From an uncultured virus (IMG/VR IMGVR_UViG_3300032304_000757) (Duplodnaviria > Heunggongvirae > Uroviricota > Caudoviricetes), in the IMG/VR virus record IMGVR_UViG_3300032304_000757: a stretch of DNA of 64,000 nt, one strand, 5' to 3'. The notes below the pieces were generated by a model that saw only the letters and a list, made by a program, of their open reading frames with translations, was not told the DNA's origin and ran no database searches. Below, in pieces: positions 58,601 to 64,000 of the stretch; within the stretch, counting starts at the first letter, position 1; each line of letters begins with the position of its first letter. The position numbers and the translations under genes were made by a program.

Positions 58601-60234
58601 TAGCATTTACCGGCGACGGTACAACATTTAGTCATGCCACGATGACAGGTGCGTTGACATTTACTTTAAACAATACAACACCTAACGATCCGTTTATTGT
58701 ATCAACAATCAACGATAACGTTATTGTCAATGACGATGTTAACTACGATGCTGCTATTTTACAACACAAACTGAGATTAAATTATATCCGCGATACTGCT
58801 GCTGATGGATTTGTTATCACAGCGTATACCACTGTTGGAGCGCCATCTGGCCATACTAGATTTACTGCCAACGGTCACGGCATTGCTGAGAATGACAGCA
58901 TCGAAATTGCTGGCGAAACTACAGGAACACTCACTGGTATTAACAAACGTTGGAAAGCTGTTAATATTACTACAAATACCTTCGATGTGCCTATCACAGG
59001 TCTTACAGGTGTTCTAAGTGGCAATGCCAAAGTAAGAGAACCTGGAATACTTAGCGGTGCTAAGACTTCTGAATTCCAAGTATCAGCTAACGGTTTCCTA
59101 CAATTAAGAGCATCAAGTAGTGTATCGACTGGTGTTACATTTGATAAACTTGCGTATATTGATCCTGCGGTATATGATGCTACAGACGAAACATCGTATG
59201 CTGGCGGTGGTACTAAACTACTAGGTAGACGTGCTTTACCAACATCAGGTAGTGTAATAGGACAACCGGTGCCTATTGATGCTAGAACTATTATAAGAGA
59301 CGGTTTTGGTATATCTAAGTTTGATGTGCCATTAGAAGGAGTGTTGGCAAGAATTGATTTAAGTAATGATCCAACTGACGTTAGTTTTACATCAATTGGT
59401 TACGGTTCTGCTAACAGTGGAAACGATCTAGTTCGTAGAGATGCCAGCGGCGATTTTAGTGCGAATGCAGTAACTGTTAATAGTTTACTGTCCAACGGTA
59501 ATATTACTATTGTTACTGCTCCGGCAGATGTAGCTAGTCCTAAAGGCATTAGGATGACTATCAATAGCACTACCGCTACTGTTTTGCAGAGAGCGGTAGA
59601 AGCTTCATCTGACAATGCTTACAAGACTGTGCTAAGAAACGGCAATGGTGGAAACGGTATTGTTATTGTTGACGGTAACAGTAGTACAAACAAACATACC
59701 GACTATTATGCCGACGAGCATCGATTCTATGACGCAACCGGTGGGTCTGGTACTATTGCTCTCGGAAGTGGTATTTTAAAATCAAATAGCGGATCTGGGG
59801 CTGTTGTTCAAGGTAGATGGACATTAGATGCTGGTGCTTACTTCCAAGCTACATGGGCCGACTTGGCAGAATGGTATTCGTCAGATAAAGAGTACCAGCC
59901 AGGCACTGTGTTAGAGTTTGGTGGTGATGCCGAAGTTCGTGCTTCAAGCAAACAAGGTACTACGAGAGTAGCTGGTGTTGTAACAACTAATCCAGCATTC
60001 GTAATGAACCAAGGCTTAGAAGGCACAAGAACATGCGTGGCACTTCAAGGTCGCGTTCCATGTAAAGTAGTAGGCAAAGTACAAAAAGGTGATTTAATGA
60101 TCACAAGTTCAATCCCGGGAGTTGCTGTTTCATCAGGCGAGGTCGCACAACCTGGCACCATTATCGGTAAAGCATTACAAAATTATGACAGCGATCATAT
60201 TGGTTCGATAGAAGTTGCTGTAGGGAGATTATAA
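52612..60234 (+). CDS. giant virion fibre/baseplate-associated protein (2540 aa)
   Basis: N-terminal NIG..GNDGTGDSIRDSFQKVN.NF.ELY (T4 gp9/gp10-like); G.GY repeats; C-terminal ADLAE...GRVPCKV domain. Confidence 0.85.
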   Translation: MSRKEINIGIEGNDGTGDSIRDSFQKVNQNFTELYAILGQGGKLSFIGLDDVEKDRALKEYRTADNNRILVVDAEGEQIVFKELVGSETIIVNQSFPGQIRLSSLASALINDPDPTLQTNLNANFKRLTNVSEATEDSDASTKGYVDTKLSLDGTDSEDVSGNARPDWGVMRGPLVLSRNPIESDDLEYNGLVAATKAYVDSKTFISQYNIYVSPLGQDERTDIPQNQIGRSEATAFASVQRACEVAEELVNNAPLELGPYQKILTYANGTKICQVVSVEESELSGLGCTAEARMGIDDVGSPFQILIAGTGYQKDDILAPTGGTFLGQEAQFRVIAVDFAGSILQLAINEDADGVKQNGIYSILPASHIDNDYLLLSGGSGSGTARVRARWKVTQIDVTDTGEGYTSASVIFTGGGGTGTEAFITEIGGEIKEITVSKPGIGYTSVPSVDVFLPRLLITTERLNTDFLDDIREGQALRGETSGALARIVQHDGALDEDGNEIFEIEILNGVFQIGESVKYSDLTRNIQITIHAETGIYYENYPLRLAENVTLRGDDLRRTIIRPKPGISQSPWARVFFRRDTVIDGLRVTGFEYGYQYLTDPLDYSSQPKNNDQMDVLLCNDATRASELSFQGHGGFVMVLDPSGQILSKSPYFQTGTSFAKSTNEKQFAGGQYIDGFSGNLEGILLGNVAVDPSDPAYIPSEPSTHQEYEKVIIGGLLREPSLPTSFDVNDQLYRITLTNRVETDLFDAKILLERNRRFIQTETVSFVNGEFPTLDFDADKCFRDVGLLVDAVVEDVIYGGFLNSTEAARLYFVGGNTVVSGQVTETVAAVVKAKEVAVAVITQDPDYARVGTVDQTFLPAYPNGGDAQAVVEQAFDLIANIIEYGESIYKAKNLLQTNKEIIQAETIAYLDALYPTLNYDRDTCYRDVGYIIDAWSIDIFGDYNNSVRAGYAYYKQGTRIIPDSGPQSQLAETIDGIEYAALLAKRIVKNIALGGLVRTAKTFNPTANIDLTANTITILDHGFKSGSRVKYSSGGGNSIVVDNLDDENGDPIDDLNDLVFYVFVVDGDNIQLVENLPLLIAKEKGVSTSIELNIVGTGSGTTHTLEYFQVTDPELVVSDITDSGVEAAIDNATTYITTLISGDSGGVPGIYPQYECVLDSDYIGSGNGVVGKVTLSTAGNKSMLGNDFTQVNDMGYGIFCNNNGLSEQVSVFTYYCYTAFYSLNGAQIRSLNGSSAHGVFGLKAEGNDPNEIPDTVFLKFPMIQIAEAYEDLPLEIENARNGESIWVTNYSYLPRAGCIVDIDHTGDRTDTINPVASVVAGIRYEIATLGSTDWNAIADTSGIVYAVGDQFTTVGAGNGDGTVYTLTTAGQRSYVVETVSISGLPDGVAKLQLSTVAANAGLVVYVKPGKPVVIRSNEEFVLGDKEEVVAVRPSTALIFDENRGTAIRLLSFNQYDEPDAGPDDQIITTRDGYQYVKLTILKDTEAFDLPTGFGEVGDDRVIVQALNFRDSKRVVFPTTGATIYDGSTTGTGGMIFGYQDSMYEITDYQVNNLDPNNIFGVISFKNITNPLAEARTYTISVTGSLPAQVATTTDHNLSDSRRVKINGSNFYVKNVISNVTHGPLSGTNIFPATGGGASATFTITRTNDISYAGIAINTAGTGYDIGDTIKILGTSLGGTSPENDVLITVNDIGGSGDITEAIISRGIAKQVRMELQLYSDEELTIPVNSSALGVDTSMDVLGGLTYSPLEANGTNVSFDAGIRAGATGTVTVNISTMRATGHDFLDIGTGSYADTNYPSNIFGEPANEPDVEAQVVEVTTGRVFYVSTDQNGNFKVGDFFAVDQGTGKLTLDAKIDLKGIDSLKLRSGNEIFEFTNDITMGGEGAADPQAVPTEYAIRSYIDKRLGLNHFGVRVTDGLRGPGFLALDGSLAVKGTIEMDNNTLRNLPAPRKGAVGDTEAVPKFYMRLGNLEDSPEYWRPAEGLPTYAIQRADILAFTGDGTTFSHATMTGALTFTLNNTTPNDPFIVSTINDNVIVNDDVNYDAAILQHKLRLNYIRDTAADGFVITAYTTVGAPSGHTRFTANGHGIAENDSIEIAGETTGTLTGINKRWKAVNITTNTFDVPITGLTGVLSGNAKVREPGILSGAKTSEFQVSANGFLQLRASSSVSTGVTFDKLAYIDPAVYDATDETSYAGGGTKLLGRRALPTSGSVIGQPVPIDARTIIRDGFGISKFDVPLEGVLARIDLSNDPTDVSFTSIGYGSANSGNDLVRRDASGDFSANAVTVNSLLSNGNITIVTAPADVASPKGIRMTINSTTATVLQRAVEASSDNAYKTVLRNGNGGNGIVIVDGNSSTNKHTDYYADEHRFYDATGGSGTIALGSGILKSNSGSGAVVQGRWTLDAGAYFQATWADLAEWYSSDKEYQPGTVLEFGGDAEVRASSKQGTTRVAGVVTTNPAFVMNQGLEGTRTCVALQGRVPCKVVGKVQKGDLMITSSIPGVAVSSGEVAQPGTIIGKALQNYDSDHIGSIEVAVGRL

Positions 60235-60236
60235 GA

Positions 60237-61142
60237 ATGGCACAGAGAACATTATCAATAACACCCCCAGTAACTTGGGAAAAATTTGGCGGAGAGACCG
60301 AATCAATCTTTGCCAAGATCAATGACAACTTTACTGAACTATATCTCAGTATTGGAGGTTCGGGGGTTGACTTAACATCACTCGGATCTAGTTTAATCCC
60401 AAACTTTGATGAAGATCACGACCTAGGATCTAGTAGTAAAAAATGGGATAACATTTATGTAAGTTCAACAGGGTTACACATTGGAACTGCTGTAATTACT
60501 TCTACGGGCAGTATTGTAGATCTACCATTAGGTTCGACTATCGGTGGTGTTCCTCCTGACGTACCTGACGATCTATCAGTCACATCAATAGAACTAGATT
60601 CAGGAGTATCAGTTAACAACATCAGCTCAGATACTACCTTTGGTGTAGATGTTGATAATTCTACGTTATCTACCAAGTTAGCAATAAAAACCTATGTTGA
60701 CAACGAAATACCAACAGACATTAATCAGTTATCTGATGTTGATAGTCTCCTTGGAGCAGCTTTAGAAAGCAGAACAACTGCTGTCGGAACTACTAGTGGG
60801 TTAGCAAACAATGCTTCAGAAAATTTAACTGTAGTAGGTTTTAAGAGTTATGCGTTGTTAAAAATATCAACCAATAGAGCCTCATGGATAAGAGTGTATA
60901 CTTCGCAGGCTGCTAGAACTGCTGACACTTCAAGATTGATTACTGATGACCCATTACCTGGATCTGGAGTTATTGCTGAAGCTATTACAGACGGGTTTAC
61001 TCCAGTATTAATATCTCCAAGTATCATCGGTTTCAATGACGAAACTATACCTACATCTGACATTTATATTAGAGTAACCAACACATCAGGTACTACCGGG
61101 TCTGTCACCGTGACATTATTTTTGATAAAATTAGAGGCTTAA
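60237..61142 (+). CDS. structural fibre-associated protein
   Basis: FAKINDNFTELY; DLGSSSKKWDNIY fibre motif. Confidence 0.75.
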   Translation: MAQRTLSITPPVTWEKFGGETESIFAKINDNFTELYLSIGGSGVDLTSLGSSLIPNFDEDHDLGSSSKKWDNIYVSSTGLHIGTAVITSTGSIVDLPLGSTIGGVPPDVPDDLSVTSIELDSGVSVNNISSDTTFGVDVDNSTLSTKLAIKTYVDNEIPTDINQLSDVDSLLGAALESRTTAVGTTSGLANNASENLTVVGFKSYALLKISTNRASWIRVYTSQAARTADTSRLITDDPLPGSGVIAEAITDGFTPVLISPSIIGFNDETIPTSDIYIRVTNTSGTTGSVTVTLFLIKLEA

Positions 61143-61143
61143 C

Positions 61144-62799
61144 ATGTCCGAAATAGATCGTTATGAATTTATAGTGACTCTTAAAAATAGAGAGGATCTA
61201 CCTAATTTCTATGACGACATGGAAACTCCTGGCGGCGATTTATACATTCCCGATCGTGCTGTAGCTGTGGCCAGCAGAAGACATATCAGCAGAAATACTC
61301 ATTATTATCTCACAGAACAAGAAGCAGATTTATTAAAAAATGATACTCGAGTATTGGCAGTATCTAGATTGCCTAGAGATCTTGGCATGGTACCTATTTC
61401 ACACTGGCAGCAGACTGGAAAATTTGAAAAAAGTACTGCTGTTCAATCCACTGATAAGAATTGGGGATTGGCTAGAATTGTTAATGGAGTTCAAACTGAC
61501 AATTGGGGCAACAATGGACTTTTTAACGAATTACAAACTTCCATAATTACTGATTCAGCAGGCGAGCACGTGGATGTTGTAATCGTAGATGCCCATATAA
61601 ATCCCAATCATCCCGAATTTGCTGTCAACGAGGACGGCACCGGCGGAACCAGGGTTATTCAATACGACTGGTTTCAGCATCAGACAGAGGTCGGATTGAG
61701 CGGATTAGGAACATACAGTTACACTAGTTTTAGTAGTAATCATGGCACACACGTAGCAGGAACCGTGGCAGGCAATACTCAGGGGTGGGCTAGAAAATCT
61801 AATATTTATTATATGGAATTTAATTACAACCCATTTTCTCAACCAGATGGGTGGGCAGTATATCTATTTGATTTTATTAGAGCATGGCACAACAGCAAAC
61901 CAATTAACCCAATCACTGGACGCAGAAATCCCACTGTGACCAATAACAGCTGGGGATATAGTTATGGTTCTATTTCCCTAAGTGGTATTACTAGTGTGAC
62001 CTATCGCGGAGCAACCACTAACTTAACTGGTTTGACTACCGCAGCTAAAAAAATTCAGTTAGAAAACAATGGTGTTCCTGTGCCAGCTTCAACGTTTCTG
62101 TTTAGGACGCCAGCAAGACTCTATGCGTTAGATGCTGATGTAACTGATGCGGTTGAAGACGGAATTATCGTAGTGGCATCAGCTGGCAACAGTTATTGGA
62201 ATATGACCGACGACCCTAATCATCCAGATTACAATAACAACGTGTTTGACGGCGGAGTGCTTTATCATTCCAACGGTTCTAGTCCGGGTGCGGCAGAAGG
62301 TGCTATCTGCGTAGGTGCGTTAAGTACTTTTACCCAAGAATATAAAGCAAATTTCAGCAATTATGGCGATAGAATAGATATCTGGGCACCTGGACAAAAT
62401 ATAATATCAGCTGTTTTTAATTCCACGGCAGCTCAAGAGTTTGGTATTTCACTGGCTGATGACCCGAGAAATTCTGCTTTTAAAATAGGATCAATATCAG
62501 GTACCAGTATGTCTGGACCACAGGTAGCAGGAGTAATTGCTTGCATGATGAGCAGATATCCTAACTATACTCCAGAAGAATTGTACAATTATTTAATTGC
62601 CAATGCTAAAACAGGCCAGATAGGAACCACCAACGGAAATCATGGAGATTATACAAATATCAGAGATAGTGTAAACAACTATCTGTATTTTCCAGTAGAA
62701 AGAGCACAACAAGGCACAGCTTTTCCAGACGTTAGCTACGATCTACGTCCAACCACAGGCAACATATATCCTCGACTACGTATTAGAAGACGCGGATAA
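61144..62799 (+). CDS. subtilisin-like serine protease (S8)
   Basis: VIVD, HGTHVAG, SAGN, SGTSMS. Confidence 0.93.
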   Translation: MSEIDRYEFIVTLKNREDLPNFYDDMETPGGDLYIPDRAVAVASRRHISRNTHYYLTEQEADLLKNDTRVLAVSRLPRDLGMVPISHWQQTGKFEKSTAVQSTDKNWGLARIVNGVQTDNWGNNGLFNELQTSIITDSAGEHVDVVIVDAHINPNHPEFAVNEDGTGGTRVIQYDWFQHQTEVGLSGLGTYSYTSFSSNHGTHVAGTVAGNTQGWARKSNIYYMEFNYNPFSQPDGWAVYLFDFIRAWHNSKPINPITGRRNPTVTNNSWGYSYGSISLSGITSVTYRGATTNLTGLTTAAKKIQLENNGVPVPASTFLFRTPARLYALDADVTDAVEDGIIVVASAGNSYWNMTDDPNHPDYNNNVFDGGVLYHSNGSSPGAAEGAICVGALSTFTQEYKANFSNYGDRIDIWAPGQNIISAVFNSTAAQEFGISLADDPRNSAFKIGSISGTSMSGPQVAGVIACMMSRYPNYTPEELYNYLIANAKTGQIGTTNGNHGDYTNIRDSVNNYLYFPVERAQQGTAFPDVSYDLRPTTGNIYPRLRIRRRG

Positions 62800-62821
62800 A
62801 TATTAGAGAGAAACAAAGACT

Positions 62822-63541
62822 ATGGCTATAGAAACAGTAAACCTAGGAAATTTAGTTAACGACGGGCTCGGTGACGATCTACGCACGGCGTTTCAAAAGG
62901 TTAATAACAGCTTATTATCCTTAAACAGCGAACTGGTGTTATCAGGTCGAAGCCTAGGTGACGGCGCTGCTGTTTATAAAAGAAAATCAAATGCTAGTGG
63001 GGACACAACAATAACTCCCGAAGTAAATGCTGATAGATTAGAATTTAGATCAATTAAAGGATCAGCTAACGTAGTTGTAACAGAAAACTTAAATGATGTT
63101 ACTATTTCTAGTCCGTTACAAAATGTGTTTACTAAAGTTTCAGTTCCCGAAGCTAGTATTATTATCGGAGCAGATACCTCCGATACTACGCTAACTCTAA
63201 TAGGTGGTATTAACACTTCGTTGGCAGTCAATGGTAAAACTATTACAATTAACACAGATCCTGTAGGAAATATTCTTTTACAAGACTTAGATTTAAACAC
63301 AAACGATATTATCGGTACCGGTAATATAACAATTAACGGAAACATAACTGCTAATAACTTTAGCGGAGACCTTTGGGGCTATAATGGTTTTGAATCAGTG
63401 AGTGCGTTGTATTCATTTGATTTTGGAACTTATACAAATGTGTTCAACAATGCTCTACAATTTATTGTTTCCAATACTGACTTTGATATGGGGACTATCT
63501 TAACCCCAACTGATCTAGAAATAGATCTCGGCACGTTTTAA
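62822..63541 (+). CDS. baseplate/fibre structural protein
   Basis: NLG..VNDGLGDDLRTAFQKVN N-terminus; DFG/DMG/DLG C-terminal motifs. Confidence 0.75.
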   Translation: MAIETVNLGNLVNDGLGDDLRTAFQKVNNSLLSLNSELVLSGRSLGDGAAVYKRKSNASGDTTITPEVNADRLEFRSIKGSANVVVTENLNDVTISSPLQNVFTKVSVPEASIIIGADTSDTTLTLIGGINTSLAVNGKTITINTDPVGNILLQDLDLNTNDIIGTGNITINGNITANNFSGDLWGYNGFESVSALYSFDFGTYTNVFNNALQFIVSNTDFDMGTILTPTDLEIDLGTF

Positions 63542-63554
63542 CGGAGAATTATAA

Positions 63555-64000
63555 ATGGCTCTAAGATTAAAAAGAGGAACAACAGCTGAAAGATTAACTT
63601 ACACTCCACTCAATGGAGAACTAGTTTATGATTCGGATCAAAAAGCGATCTATATAGGAGACGGAGCCATAGTAGGCGGAAAACTATTAGCTAGCGGTGG
63701 AACAATTATCGATGACATTATTCTTAATGGAAATGACATCACAGGCTCGGGTAACATTGACATAACTGGCGATATAGACGTTGCGGGTAATATTCATGCT
63801 ACTGGAAATATTACATCTGACGGCACTATTACATTAGGTAACAACAATGCCGACGCAGTCGAATTCAAAGCAGAAATAATTTCTAATATTATTCCAGATG
63901 TTGACGAAACCTATGATCTAGGAACAAGTTTAAAGAAATGGAATACCATTTATGCTAATGTAATCGAAGCCACTGATGTAAATGGCAACACTAACGGATT
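63555..64000 (+). CDS. tail fibre protein, 5' part (runs off window)
   Basis: GGAG RBS; MALRLKRGT..ER..YTP.NGELVYD.D.K.IYIGDG (Mtd N-terminal-like). Confidence 0.8.
   Translation, partial: MALRLKRGTTAERLTYTPLNGELVYDSDQKAIYIGDGAIVGGKLLASGGTIIDDIILNGNDITGSGNIDITGDIDVAGNIHATGNITSDGTITLGNNNADAVEFKAEIISNIIPDVDETYDLGTSLKKWNTIYANVIEATDVNGNTNG

Noticed and set aside
39488..63345. Many short antisense or alternate-frame ORFs over the structural genes
   Set aside because: Shadows of long Thr/Gly/Val-rich genes, without RBS or motifs

Overview
This 64 kb window looks like part of a large lytic, T4-like (jumbo) tailed-phage genome; the IscU, IF-1 and omega sequences suggest a proteobacterial host. No integrase, CRISPR array or transposase is visible. 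(1) 1-5.05 kb: a region driven by sigma70-type promoters, with six tRNAs, three unannotated structured RNAs, RNA polymerase omega, IF-1 and phosphatases. (2) 5.1-32.2 kb: a tailoring-enzyme supercluster with 9 radical-SAM proteins, 8 Fe(II)/2OG-type oxygenases, a flavin halogenase, aminotransferase, amidinotransferase, AdoMetDC fusion, desaturase, sulfotransferase, methyltransferase, QueC-like ATPase and SGNH-like proteins. It has no scaffold synthase, and many operon heads carry a TAAATA late-promoter-like box a few nt before the ATG. (3) 32.2-39.5 kb: an aberrant 110-nt tRNA-like RNA, Hc1, a Bax-inhibitor protein and hypotheticals. (4) 39.5-64 kb: fibre and baseplate-like structural genes, glycosyltransferases, queD with a pseudoknot leader, uvsE, iscU/iscA and an S8 protease. 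All family calls come from motifs read by eye and all RNA folds were derived by hand; no searches were run.
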